This document shows, one piece after another, positions 37,547-49,985 of a DNA stretch of 64,000 nt (the first letter of the stretch is position 1; the number at the start of each line of letters is the position of its first letter). This stretch comes from Folioceros fuciformis. Its lineage: Eukaryota. Made by a program: the position numbers and the translations under genes. The stretch spans positions 51,034-115,033 of the forward strand of contig JBNGIO010006139.1 in assembly GCA_049999805.1 (NCBI GenBank). The letters run 5' to 3'. Under the pieces are notes generated by a model that ran no database searches, was not told the DNA's origin, and worked only from the letters and a program-made list of their open reading frames with translations.

Positions 37547-38629
37547 ATGGAGAATCATTACGACAGGGAAAAGGATAGGAAGGAAGTGCGTCTGGAGAGG
37601 GAAGATAGCAGCGGGAGTAGCAGCAGCTGTAGCAGCGGCTATGGATTCCAGTCGACAGAAACGTTCCCGATTTTGGATGTGCTGGAGATTATGAAAGAGT
37701 CCATGAGATTGATGCGGAAGCGATCCTCCCTGCTCATGTCTTTGACCGCGTCCATGATTATGCCTCTCTCCTTCATCGTGTTGTCGCACATCTTAGTGAC
37801 GCATTCTCTCGTGAAGGGTTTGGCGGTGCAGATTGAAGCTGTTTGCCAGCGCGGACCGCTTTTGGATAGTCCTCTCGACACCTTCCTGTATCTGAAGCTG
37901 TCGGAGGTGATTCTCTCGAGCGTAGTATATTTGCCGTTCTGCATAATTCTGTTCCTCCCATCCAAGGTGGCCATTTCCTACACGGTTGTCAGCGCATATG
38001 CTGGCAGGAAGCTTTCCATGTCCAAGAGTGTGAGAGTGGTGCCTAGGTTGTGGAAACGTGTTGTTTCCACTTACCTGTGGATCTGTCTGGTAGGCCTGGG
38101 AGCCCTGGCTGCCTTCATCTTCCTTCTGGCGGCAATTGCAGTCGTCACCAAGTTTCTGCGACTTGATTCGACCTTACTTTTGGTGACTGATCTCCTCTTG
38201 GCGGTGGCCTTCTGCTTCACATTTGCTCTGCTTTTGGTGCTCTGCAACCTTTCTCTCGTTGTTAGCATCTTGGAGGATGTGGGCGGGTATCCTGCTCTTT
38301 CCCGTGGCCTTATGCTCATCCAGGGACGGACTCAGGTTGCTCTGGGGCTGCTGATGGTGACCGGCGCCTCTGGAATCTTCATCGAATATTTGTTCCAGTC
38401 TCATATACTGGGCAACCCAGAAGAGCCTTTCCAAGATATCTCATCCATCATCTGGGAAGGGCCTCTTCTCATTTTCATGTATTCAGTAGTCTACATGTTT
38501 GATGCCATTATGGCCACCATCTTCTACTTCACCTGCAAGGGCTCGCGATTCGAGGCTTTTGACAAATATGCTCTTCTGGAGCAGCTGGAGGGTTCTAACC
38601 ACGCACACATCAAGAACCTGCCCCTGTGA
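37547..38629 (+). CDS. Conserved plant multi-pass membrane protein of unknown function (At1g26650-like), intronless CDS
   Basis: Several hydrophobic helices. LDVLEIMKESMRL, LWKRVVSTYLW and WEGPLLIFMYSVVYMFDAIMATIFYFTCK match my recollection of this plant family. Confidence 0.8.
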   Translation: MENHYDREKDRKEVRLEREDSSGSSSSCSSGYGFQSTETFPILDVLEIMKESMRLMRKRSSLLMSLTASMIMPLSFIVLSHILVTHSLVKGLAVQIEAVCQRGPLLDSPLDTFLYLKLSEVILSSVVYLPFCIILFLPSKVAISYTVVSAYAGRKLSMSKSVRVVPRLWKRVVSTYLWICLVGLGALAAFIFLLAAIAVVTKFLRLDSTLLLVTDLLLAVAFCFTFALLLVLCNLSLVVSILEDVGGYPALSRGLMLIQGRTQVALGLLMVTGASGIFIEYLFQSHILGNPEEPFQDISSIIWEGPLLIFMYSVVYMFDAIMATIFYFTCKGSRFEAFDKYALLEQLEGSNHAHIKNLPL

Positions 38630-40390
38630 CAGCTCTAGTCTCCAGAGCCAGACTTGTGTTGCTCTCCTTTCTTGCTGTATTGTTACATACTCACACTCTG
38701 GCAGGATTATTTTTTGAGCCAGGCCTGTTTGGAGCTGGCCATTCATTACCACCACATACATTTGTATACTACCTCCTCTGTGATGCACTGCAATAACCCC
38801 CCACTGGGAGAGAGGGTGTGTTCTCCTTTGGCATCCGAGGATGTCACCCACAATTTAGCTGCTCAGCACACTCTCTTGTCTCATGAATGTCGGCTTTTTG
38901 TCTGGCACATACTGACAGGAGCCATGCGAGTCATCGTTTAGCATGTCAGCCCGTCGCCCGCTTTGTCAAGAAGAACGCGGAATCTCCAGCCTGGTACATA
39001 CATCATTCCTCCTCCGCTCTAAAGCTGTCCATCTCCCAAAATAGAGCACCAAGTGCATCCTCGCTGGGCATCTAGCCAAATGGGGACACCATTTCGCATT
39101 AAGCCCGTTCTTAACCATCTGTAGTTAGCTGCGGTGCCCTGGAGGAGTGGATATCCTTACTGCAAGTTGCTGACCTCATCCAAGGTGTTCGTCCAACTGA
39201 CTCTCTTACTACGACACTCTCTTTCTTTTCTTGTGACAAGATGGTCGTTTACAGTTTTCTTACCTTTAAGATTTGTTATGGTTGTATGGTGTCCATATGT
39301 GTTATTTCTTTATTAAATATTTTATTATTATTTCTGTTCTCTAATTTTAATCTAATTGATCAACTATGTTACATAGTTCCTATGCAGTTTTACTTTACCA
39401 TTACCTTATTCTTGTTAATGCAATAAAGAAGTAGAAGAATTTTATTGAATTTTACCAAGCGCCGTTTGTCCATGGATCTCAAAACAAAACCAAAACTACT
39501 AAAATATGTATTCCACTTTTGGTGAGAGGAAAGATTTTTATTTATATTTTTATCCTCTTCTCACCTCCTTTGCACTTTTCATGCCAATTTCCAGTGCCAT
39601 TACAGGCTATTTGCAATGCCCTTCACCAACACATCTCATTGCTTTGTCAAGAGACCACATTGTTTCTTCTTAGTAGCCAAGTTTGTCCCACACTAAGGCT
39701 GTGCATAGCACACCAGAGCTATAGAATCAGCAATTGCATTCTATCATCTCTTTGTTCTCGATTCCAAGCAACCTCTACTTAATTGTAGCAATTATTTATG
39801 CCTTCCCCTCGACAACATCATGCTAAGAAGTCTTCAATTCCTTTTGTAGTCCCACATAAACCTCCTCCTCCCTTTGCTCCATTGTCTCCACCTCCACCAA
39901 AGCAAAGAGGAGAAATGAGCATTTGGTGGAGTAAAAGAGAAGATGAAGTCTACAATGGCAAGGTGGGATGGAGTAACTTCTTATTGTGTGCAGCATGGCA
40001 CCAATGCTTCCCCCCACTAGTGTAAATCCAAGCAGGAGTTACTATGACAATACTAGAAGAAGATTATTTACTACAGCCAGTAGCAAATGTGAAGTGGTCA
40101 CATGAGCAATTGGAGAATAACTTCATCAAACATAAGATTAAAAACTACTTGTAGACTTCAACCAAGAATTGTCATATGCACAAGTCTATGAAATATAGAT
40201 TAGTAGCAATAATAATACTTCTAATCACAATAAGATTTTTATTTATTTTAGAAAAAACAAGATGAAAAACCCATCTACCCTGACAGCAAGATAAGTAATG
40301 ATTGGGACACTAAGGGCTAATCCTTGAAGGTTAATGACTACCAATAGCACCTAAAATATCATGGTTTGGAAGGAGAAAGGGTCCATCTAC

Positions 40391-41458
40391 CACTGGAGTT
40401 GCTGACACCACCTCTCTTGCCAATGTCATTGCTCCCCTTGGAGTTGTTGACATAGCCTCTCTTGCCAACATTGTCGCTAACATTGGAGTTGCTGATGTTG
40501 TCTCTCCTGTTAATGTCATTGCTACCATTAGAGTTGCTGACAGCACCTCTCCTACTATCGCTACCACTTGAGTTGCTGACACTGCCTCTCTTGCCAATAT
40601 CGTCGCTACTACTGGAGTTTTTGACACTGCCTCTCTTGCCAATATCGTCGCTACTACTGGAGTTTTTGACACTGCCTCTCTTGCCAATGTAGTCGCTACC
40701 ACTGGAGTTATCAACACCAAATCTCTTGCCAATTTCTTTGCTACAACTAGAGTTGCTGATGCCACATCTCCTACCATCGTTACCACTAGAGTTGCGGACA
40801 CCCTCTCTCTTGCCAATGTCATTGCTACCACTGGAGTTGCTGACACCATCTCTCTTGCCAATGTCATTGCTACCACTGGAGTTGCTGACACCATCTCTCT
40901 TGCCAATGTCATTGCTACCACTGGAGTTGCTGACACCATCTCTCTTGCCAATGTCATTGCTACCACTGGAGTTGCTGACNNNNNNNNNNNNNNNNNNNNN
41001 NNNNNNNNNNNNNNNNNNNNNNNNNNNNNNNNNNNNNNNNNNNNNNNNNNNNNNNNNNNNNNNNNNNNNNNNNNNNNNNCCACTGGAGTTGGTTACACCA
41101 CCTATCCCGCACCACTGGAGTTGTAGAAGCCACCTCCCCTCCCAATGCCTGTCGTCCATGATGCAATTTATGTACCGAAAGATAGATCCTCTCAAATATT
41201 TTCTTCAAAGACTTCAATCTCCTACCATCGCTACCACTAGAGTTGCTGACACCCTTTCTCTTGCCAATGTCATTGCTACCATTGGAGTTGCTGACGCCGC
41301 ATCTCCTACCATTGCTACCACTAGAGTTGCTGACACCACCTATCCTGCACCACTGGAGTTGTGGAAGCCACCTCCCCTCCCAATGTCTGTCGTCCATGAT
41401 GCAATCTATGTACCAAAAGATAGATCCTCTCAAATATTTTCTTCAAAGACTTCAATCT
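40391..41458. repeat. Minisatellite of 45-bp units (with 33-bp variants) plus an approx. 239-bp higher-order duplication; spans an N-gap
   Basis: Unit TGCCAATGTCATTGCTACCACTGGAGTTGCTGACACCATCTCTCT at 40811, 40856, 40901 and onward. Block CACTGGAGTTGT.GAAGCCACCTCCCCTCCC...AAAGACTTCAATCT at about 41112-41220 and 41351-41458. Confidence 0.95.
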
Positions 41459-42063
41459 ATGGATAGAGGGAGTGTGTTTCTCACATTAACGTTGGAAAGA
41501 TATACTTGCAAAATATCGTACCTACATGAACGATGGAAAGAGATATTTGCAAAATATCGTACCTACATCCGCTTTAGAACTGAATGATATTAGCAGTGTG
41601 AGGGCAGCGAGGCCCTCTATGTGTGGAACTGGGTGGGTGAGGGGACGATATAAAGAAAGGGTAGAAAGGATTATTTTTGTGGAAAGGGTTTTAAGAATGA
41701 AATAGAAATGAACCAATTTCGAGAAACCGATATCGAGAAGGGAGAGTGTGACAAGGTATTAATGTGTGACTACATGGAGGAGAAGGAAAGAGAGGAAAGG
41801 GCACGAACAAGGACGGGGTCCTTTACCGTCTGAGCTGAGCAGGCTGGGGAGGCCGCGGAAGAATGAGGTGACGGAGGCTCTCGGCCTGCGAACGCGGTGA
41901 GCGTCTGCAGGGCGTGCAGCGCTGCGGAGCTGCCAGTTGATTGCTGTGGCGGGATGGAAGGNNNNNNNNNNNNNNNNNNNNNNNNNNNNNNNNNNNNNNN
42001 NNNNNNNNNNNNNNNNNNNNNNNNNNNNNNNNNNNNNNNNNNNNNNNNNNNNNNNNNNNNNCC

Positions 42064-42666
42064 CGCAATGCCGACGAGGACATAGCCGAAGTTCTGCTGC
42101 AACTCCGGGCCCTGAGCGACTCGGCCAAGGCGCTAGCCATGAAGTGGAACAAGGAGTACACGGTAGCCTGGCGCCAAGCTGAGCACCTCAAGAACTCGGA
42201 GCACAGGTGCGGGAGCGAGCAGGGATGCCCTCTCATCAACGCCAGATGCGCGGCCGCGTCCGCTCAACTCCGATACAAGTCCGCTCTCCATTTCGCCATG
42301 AGCTTCATGTCTTTCGCCCTGCAGGGGTTCCAGGGTTTGCGTGCCAACCTCGGCCAGTTGCAGGGCACCCTGCAGGAGCTAGTGTCCGGAGGAGTGCAGG
42401 GCGGGGATTGCTTCATGGCCGCCTGCGGGGACCAGGTGCAGCAGTTGTGGGCCAAGCTCCAGGGTTTGGGGGGGCCGCCTAGGGTTGGGGTTATGGGTAT
42501 GGGTATGGCCATGACCATGGCTATGCCCGTGCCCGCGGCAAAGCATGGCGTTGAGGCTGAGGGAGGGCAGTGTTCCAGGAAACGCTGTTTCGAGGACCCC
42601 GCTAGTTCTCTGGAAGGCGAGTGCTGGAGTTTCCAACATCAGGATAAGCGACGGAAGCAGCGGTAG
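42064..42666 (+). CDS. Putative protein of unknown function, 5' end lost in gap
   Basis: GC-rich 200-codon open frame with helical-looking sequence and a basic C-terminus (SRKRC...DKRRKQR). No family recognised. Confidence 0.45.
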   Translation, partial: RNADEDIAEVLLQLRALSDSAKALAMKWNKEYTVAWRQAEHLKNSEHRCGSEQGCPLINARCAAASAQLRYKSALHFAMSFMSFALQGFQGLRANLGQLQGTLQELVSGGVQGGDCFMAACGDQVQQLWAKLQGLGGPPRVGVMGMGMAMTMAMPVPAAKHGVEAEGGQCSRKRCFEDPASSLEGECWSFQHQDKRRKQR

Positions 42667-43957
42667 GATGGGTGCAGGAATTCCTACTCGCCGCGTTCGA
42701 TTCGGCTGTTACCATCAATTTCCTTTCCGGAGTGGCAGAAGGTTGGGTTTCGCAGAGATTGCGGGATCGATTTTGCGGGTCCAGGGCTGGGGCCGTTGCC
42801 GTCGCCGTCGCCGTTGCTGTTGCTGCCATCAGTGGGAGCGCAGGAAAGTGAAGTGAAGTGCTATGCGTTGTGGCGATGAGTTGATAATCACAGCTGGGAG
42901 ATGAAGGGAGAGTGTTGTCTGATTCTTTCAGTCAAGCTGGGACTTGAAGAATTTTCAGTGCTTTCGCACGTTGGGCCAGAGATTCCTCGTTTTTGATAAA
43001 CGCTGGTATTGCGACAGGGTCACATGTATGTACTTATATATGTGTGTCTGAGCGTGGGGCCCTTGGGATGGAAGAGGTAGCGCTGAAGAGGTGTTCCCTC
43101 CTGGGATCCCATGCACAATTCCTGGCAGCCAGATTTGAGCTCTTGACATCGAGGCAACTTGTCTCTTCCATGATTGCTTGAAGCGTGAAGACTCCTGTAC
43201 ACCACTTCCGTAGGATCCATGTCTTTGCAAGTTTGTTTATGCATCTGATGTCCGCGCAAAGTGCAGTACGTCGTGACCTGGGTGAAGCTGTTTTCTGGGG
43301 GGGAGACAAAACTCAAGAAACATGCTTCTGTGTAAGTGTCTAAGTTGTTGTGATCATAGCAAATGGGCTTATTGAGAAGCAGACACGGCTTTCGAATGCT
43401 ATGCTTTCCTAATTTCAGCTTCTTCAAATAAACAGAAGCCAAGCGAGATTGTAGTGCTTAGGCTTGCTTGCATCCCTTCCAAGCCTGTAGAACTCCACTG
43501 TCGCTCACGGTCTCACAGCTGTTTTGTTCTAAAACTCCCATGTTCAGAATTGAAAACCTGTCGCAGCCATATGCATTTCCGAGCGCTCTTCGCAGAAGCC
43601 GTTGTTCTGCCTCTGCCGCAAGTTACGGTGATGTCTTCGAGTCCGACAATGGTGCAGATATATAATGCAATCTGCTGAATGTCACCTTTATGAACTGCTT
43701 GGCATTGACCTTCACAAGATCTTGCCAATCAACTGCAACAACATTGACCCCCAGAGCTGTCCGATCCGACAAATCAGGTTCCTTTGTGACTGCCACATCA
43801 CTCACGGGGATCAGGACTCGGAGCTCTCGGATTTGTATTTTTGTGCCATCGATGTGAGAGCCTGCTGTGGACAACAGTGAAACCACGAGGCGTTGCTTTT
43901 TGGTCTCTTGGAAGCCTGGAGGGCAGCCATCCTATTCTTTCCGCCTCCTGGGACGCC

Positions 43958-45279
43958 ATGGCTGCTATGAACGGAGGAGGCAGCCATGCCTTGGCAGCTG
44001 CAGCTCTGGATGCTGTGGTGCAGCAAAAGAAGCTGCTGCGGACTACCATGCGACGCCGGCTTCGTGCTTTGCTCCCAGACCTGCGCACGGTGGAAGGTAG
44101 AAGCTGCTGACCTCCTTCCTGCCCGATCTGCCTCGTGTCAGTTTTCGAATTCTCAACGTCGTTCGATTTGGCACTCGCAGATGATGCGATCCAGAAGCGG
44201 GTCTTGGGAGCGTCCTGGTTCAGAAACTGCAGACTTCTCTGCGCTTATATCTCCTGCCCAGCTCTGAAAGAGGTGGACACCTCACAACTGCTTGCCACCA
44301 TTCTGCAGCCGCATCCTTCCGGTAATCCATGTTTTGCTTCAAACCCAACCGTCTACTAGGGCTCAGCACATGGGTTTGCCTCACAGCTGGGGTTGAATGT
44401 TGTTGGCTGTCCTGATCCATGCTCTGCTCTCGGACGTAGAGGTGCCCAAGAGGCTGTTCGTGCCTCGCGTTCAGGACAAGGCTGCTCACATGAGCATGCT
44501 ACGCATAACCAATACCACCAATGACGTTGTTGCCAATTCTATGAACATCCTAGAGCCAACTGTTCTGGATTCAGCGGGAAACCCTAGGGAAGATGGTATG
44601 CCCATGCCATGCTGCTCCATTTCTCCCCGTCGTGTTCAGAATGTGTGTCTCCGGGATTCACTTTGGATGCTGTGTGGCTGCAGTCATGGGCTCCTCTGAA
44701 CCTCTTCAGTTGCTCCTCCTACCAGGTGCACTTCGTCTCCTTTGCTCTCAATGACCTTTCTGTTGGGACTGTCAAGTATTGTTGCGAGCTTACACCTCCC
44801 TAACCCTACAGGACTTGCCTTCGACCACACGGGTAGGCGGCTGGGGAGAGGAGGAGGGTGAGTCCCATCTCACAACATTCTGCAATAGTCAATACCAGCT
44901 TCCGGAACCGTTCTGAATCCTGGCCAGCAACAATGTTTGCTGTGCACTGCTAACGTGTGGACTACACTTGTTTCAGATACTATGACGTGTTTCTCCGGAA
45001 TTACTTGCTTCTTGCCAGGGACAAAGGTTGGAAGCCTCCACTTCTAGGTTGGTTACCTTCTCTGATTATGTCACTTCAAGGCCCATTCACTGTCCAGCTT
45101 CGTGCTGATGGGTCCATTGCCTCTGTTGGACTGCAGTAGCATTGGCCTACTCTGTGCAGTTACTTGACGAGCCTGTGCCTGTGGACGATACTGACGTACC
45201 TGTAGACGCTGTTGTGACCTCGGATGGTGTGTACACTTTCAATGACCGCCTTCGAACCACAGAGTACGGAACGGCGTGA
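43958..45279 (+). CDS. 5FCL: 5-formyltetrahydrofolate cyclo-ligase (multi-exon)
   Basis: Exons read QQKKLLRTTMRRRL / LCAYISCPALKEVDT / LFVPRVQDK...NSMNILEP / LLLP-GLAFDHTGRRLGRGGG-YYD / ALAYSVQL...PVDDTDVPVDAVVT. TGA at 45277-45279. Confidence 0.93.
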
Positions 45280-46217
45280 TAAATGTGGTACGCAGAAAGC
45301 TCATGGATGGCAGCTGAGACTGTGTTGATGTTGGAATACATCAAAAGAGTACGGGGCTTCCGTACACACCGGTGGCGCTTGCCCTGCGAGGGGCCGTCCA
45401 ACGCCTGAGATTTTGACATTGACGTGCACAGTCTACATCTACTGGCTCGCCAACGTTTTAAGCTTGCAAAGCCACAGCGAATTGCCTGTTACCAGGTGAG
45501 GAAATTCTGGTGATTAACAATGAAGGAACATGGAACGTACAAGGTGTCGGCAGGGCTGGCCTGATTCAACACTTATCAGGCTATATTTCCCGCTTCTTCT
45601 CCGCAAGGTCCCCATGACATATTATGTTTTCGTGAACTGGGTTTGGGATTGATAATGACATACATGGCTAGGACAAGACCTGGAAGTCAGTCTCAAAGAT
45701 CTAGCGACTACTTTAGTGAGGGCTTGGAAAATCGAGGCCGGAAGCTACAACCGAGGAGCAAAAACTCGTGAGCAACTGTCAACTAGGAAGGCTCTCAGCT
45801 CCTACAAATTCCGAAGTGTTGGGGATTATAGTTCGGAAAGACACTTAGGTGGCATCGGCCACCTCCGAATTATCACCAGTAAACACCATGAGAACGGATC
45901 GCCTCGTTGATGAACCTGTTTTAGGAGACCTTAGAGATACATCATCGACTACAAACGCCCCAAAGCGAGGAGATAGTGCGTTCGAAGCGGAGCCCAAAAA
46001 TCGGGGTCGGTACCCATTACCGGGACCCAACCACGCTCAGAAATCCAAGCCAATAGTATCCAGCCAACCGGTCCGTGGAACTTCCCCCAGTCAAACAAGA
46101 TGCTTGCCTCAATTTACACTCTGGAAGCCAAGGGTGTTCGCACTCCCACGCAAGAAGAACTTTCATAGCTTTGGTGGTGGCCTTCAACTGTCCATGTTCT
46201 TGAAACGGAAGAAGAGA

Positions 46218-48071
46218 CTAGGTTCCCCGTTTTCTTTTAAATCGCTGCAACGCTGGAGGCAGCGATTCCTCTGAGTCATTAGCTGTTGCCACCCTGCCTT
46301 TTTCTTTCATCCTGTTCTCCTCAGTGATGGTAGACCTTTTTCCAACAATGATGTTGGTTTGCTTTTTCTTGTATCGCTTGCTGGGCTTGTTCCGTCCTTT
46401 AGCCTTCCTCTTTTCCTTTGGAGGCCTTCCTGCCTGTGCTTCCGCAGCAATGTTTGCCTCTTTGGCCAGCCTGGATTTCTCCGCCTGGTTCTCTTTGGAA
46501 GACTTCAACACAGATCCTATTTGTTCAGGGTCGAGAACAATCATCTCCGGTTGCAACTTATCCAGCAACGAGTGTATTTCAGCTTCCCGTCGTTGCCTTG
46601 TAGTCTGAAATGGGTTAGCAACGTAGGAGTCGAAGTTGGGCTCCCCAGATCCCGGAACCAGGAGCGAGGAGAATCCTGTACCATGCCCCACTCCTAGAAC
46701 GTCTTCATAGGGACAGAAGGCCAAATCCTGCACTTGTGAACCCTTTGGTATTCGATGCTTCATATAAGGAGCATGTTGCTTGGCAGCGAGAGCATCCCTC
46801 CAAATCTCGATGCCAGAGCCAAATCCAACTGCAAGCATACCTTTTTGACTAATGTCCAGGGATTTTGGAGTTGTAGCCGCGAAATATGTGTGCAATGCTT
46901 TATATTGTCGTATATCCCACATCTTCACCTTGCCATCAAAACCTGCTGTAGCCATGTACCTACCCTCCAGGTCGAAGGCAACGGCCGTGACCGGACCTCG
47001 ATGGCAAAACATGCTCACCAGAGGGGTATCCAAATTTGGGCTCCACATGGTAACAGTCCCATTGCTGTGACCAAGACCCAGCACTGCATTGTAAGGATTC
47101 ATCCTCATCACTCTACATGGACCCAAACGTGTCCTATGCTGGACAACCATGTGACCTGTGCTGGTATCTTGATAGCGCAGAATTCCTGCCTTATCTACGG
47201 TAGCTAACAGAAAATGCAAGGGTAAAAACTCCAATTTCGTGACCCGGAAGTGATCCTGTACGAAGAAATCCACTATGAGGTTCTAAACCCACGGCACACG
47301 AGAGAAGCCGAGCATCAAACCGACAAAGCCACACTCACCCTCATGCAGTGCAGCTCTACACCCTTCTTGTCATAGATGAAGGTATATCTGCAGACCACCA
47401 AAACCATGATGAGCGCCAGAACCAAATCAAACTCCCTTTTCTGTTCCGAGCAACGAGCTCAAACCTACTTCTTCTGGGCTGCGGCAAAGAATAATTCGTT
47501 ATGTAGAAACTTCACGTCCCGCACAGTCTCACGCACCTGAACACCACAAGGACGAACATCAGATGCAGGATTCCTCAACCATCCCCCAGCTACAAAACTT
47601 GATAACCCATCTTCACCTGCAATTCTGACACCAGCTTCAGCGTCTTCCAATCCAGGATTGCCAAGTGACCCTTCCTACCGCCTAGAACCATATACCGGCC
47701 AGGAGCTGTATAGTCCAACGAATAAGGCCCAAAGTCTGCTCCACACAAACACCAACACCGTAAGCCCTGCCCGTAACCAGACACAAACAAAGCCATAATC
47801 TCAAACGCTCCGACGACCTGGAAGCTTCAAGTCAAACGCCCTCTTTGCACTTGTAATATCGACCTCCTTCACGAGAGCCTCTTGTGTGAAATGCCGGGTC
47901 TGCTCCAAGCCTTCAGCCTCCAAATATCCCCCGCTGCTGGGCAGCAGCCACTGCAGACGTACGAGCACAAACACGAATTAGGTCAGCATCTACATCGGAT
48001 CTACTGGCCCCGAGCACCACCGAGTGAAGCGAACATCCCACCTGACTTGTGAGATCCTTGGTGCGCGCCAT
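46218..48071 (-). CDS. UTP7: U3 snoRNP WD40 protein UTP7/WDR46 (BING4CT domain), multi-exon
   Basis: Exons read WLLPSSGGYLEAEGLE / FGPYSLDYTAPGRYMVLGGRKGHLA / VRETVRDVKFLHNELFFAAAQKK / LEFLPLHFLLA...FCPYEDVLGVGH...LVPGSGEPNFDSYVANPFQTTRQRREAEIHSLLDKLQPEMIVLDP. First exon inferred at 48071-48042. Confidence 0.93.
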
Positions 48072-48342
48072 GGTGACGGCGAACGTATAGACTACACATC
48101 AAACAGATACATGGTTCTACAGATCAGCCTCCCCTTGAGAGGCGCCGTTTAAGCCCTCCCCGCCATATATGTATCTAGTTGCGTAAATCGTAGTAAAATA
48201 TTCGAACAGCTATTCAAATTTGTTCTCGAAGCTGCTTACGAAAAGAGAGAATTCGACAAGGATCCGATCAAGCGGTAGTGTCTACGTCGACGAGCACACT
48301 CCGGAATTGCCATAGACTAAATCCTATGTGGCATATCATAAA

Positions 48343-48463
48343 CATATTATATTCACACGTCTATGTAATTTTTATATTTAATATTGACTACATAATGCCC
48401 TCCATATCATATTCACAAGTCTATGTAATTCTTATGTTTAGTATTGACTACATAATGCCCTCC
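48343..48463. repeat. 60-bp AT-rich tandem duplication (2 copies)
   Basis: ATATTCACA.GTCTATGTAATT.TTAT.TTTA.TATTGACTACATAATGCCCTCC repeated with period 60. Confidence 0.9.
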
Positions 48464-49985
48464 GAGTAGCAACTACGAAACACTATTGATGTTGCAAGGG
48501 AGGAAGGCTGAGGTAGTTTGAAAGAAAAGGGAGTCTTTTCTATTTCTTCCCCTTCCAATTTGATCTAAGCTCAGAAATATCTAATTCAATATATTTGATC
48601 CAAGAGGCTCATCCTTGTCTTGGATTAGTTTAGGTAGAGCAAATGAGAGGTCGCCTCGTATGGCATGCCAAAGCGGCCATACCCTCTCTCTCTTCCTTTG
48701 AAAGAAAACACACGCCACTGATGTCTACTTTGGGGTGAGGATGAATGAAACCCCCTCACCAAAGAGGACATTGCCAAACCCAGGGTGTCAGCCCCTAAGC
48801 GTGGCTGAGGCAAGCTCAAGCCCTCCTTGACACCTGAGGTGTCGCCAAGGCAAGCTGAGGCCGTCCATCATCTCGTGTGGGCCGACGGTTGATGTCCCAC
48901 ATGAGGGAGTGAGAGCGTGAGTTGCGATCAATGCCCTCACTGGCGCCTCACGGCCTTAGGCAGTGTGAGTGCATGAGCTCAGCCCTCACCCACCCGTCAT
49001 GCCCTTGCCTCTTCCGAGGGCCTGAGGTCCGTAGCCTCACGCCTCAAGTCTCAAACCTAAATCCATATCGAAGTTCTTCATTAAACCCTAAGAGTCTGGG
49101 AGGAGTGCTCTCCAAGATCAGTCCTTCTTACTGCATCTCGCTGTTGGAAAGGGTGTTACTCGTGATCGCATTTATTGCTTTCTGGTGTTCCTGCTACTTC
49201 TTACATACCTGTTCGCTGTCTACCGCAGACCCGCAAGTTCCCTACGTCCCACCACCCTCCTATGAGGTGTTCTTGCCAGACTTTCCATCCAGCCATCTAG
49301 CATGCATTTAAGTATGTTGGGTCGAGGTAGAGGCAGAGTTTTGAGCAGACTCTGAAGCCAGCAATTAGCCTTCAGTCGGGAATTCAATTTCCCAGCTGCC
49401 TTGTAGATTCCAAGCGTATTTTACATGTTTATTTGTAACATCTTCCTGCTTGCACAGATGATCCAAGTCAGAGAAGACTTTCACAGAAACAATGCATACG
49501 ATTTAAAATGCTCAACTGCCATCACCAAGAGTTTTAGTGACTTGGCAGCCAATCGCAAACATAGCTAAAAATTCTTACAAGAAGAAACTCGCGGACAAAA
49601 GAAAAAAAATGTATTCTGACTTCGATCCTTAGGAAGTCGATGGGATTCTGCAAGACGGCAACATACTTCAGTCCTGATTACCTTACCAGACATCAAGCAC
49701 AAGACGCACCCTAGCTCACATTGAAACTGCAACGCATATTAAGATAGCATCAGTCTCTCAACAAATGACACTTACTTTCTGGAGAATGTGCCGATGATCA
49801 TGCTCCATATCTTACAGTTCAGGGGCCAGATGACAATGAACATCCCATCTCAACAAGAATAACCAGTGATCCATCCAAGTAGATTAGGAGAAGGATGTCA
49901 TGAGCCCCCATGCAGCCTCCTGAATTCCATAAATATTTGGCATGGATCTGCTAAGCTTACCGTAAATTAACATGTACATAGAGAC

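Noticed and set aside
42955-43886. Possible small minus-strand gene upstream of 5FCL
   Set aside because: Some exon-like pieces exist, but I could not build a coherent spliced product or recognise a domain.
48700-49100. Cluster of TGAGG/CCTCA motifs as a MITE or hairpin RNA
   Set aside because: I could not identify terminal inverted repeats, a target-site duplication or a continuous stem.
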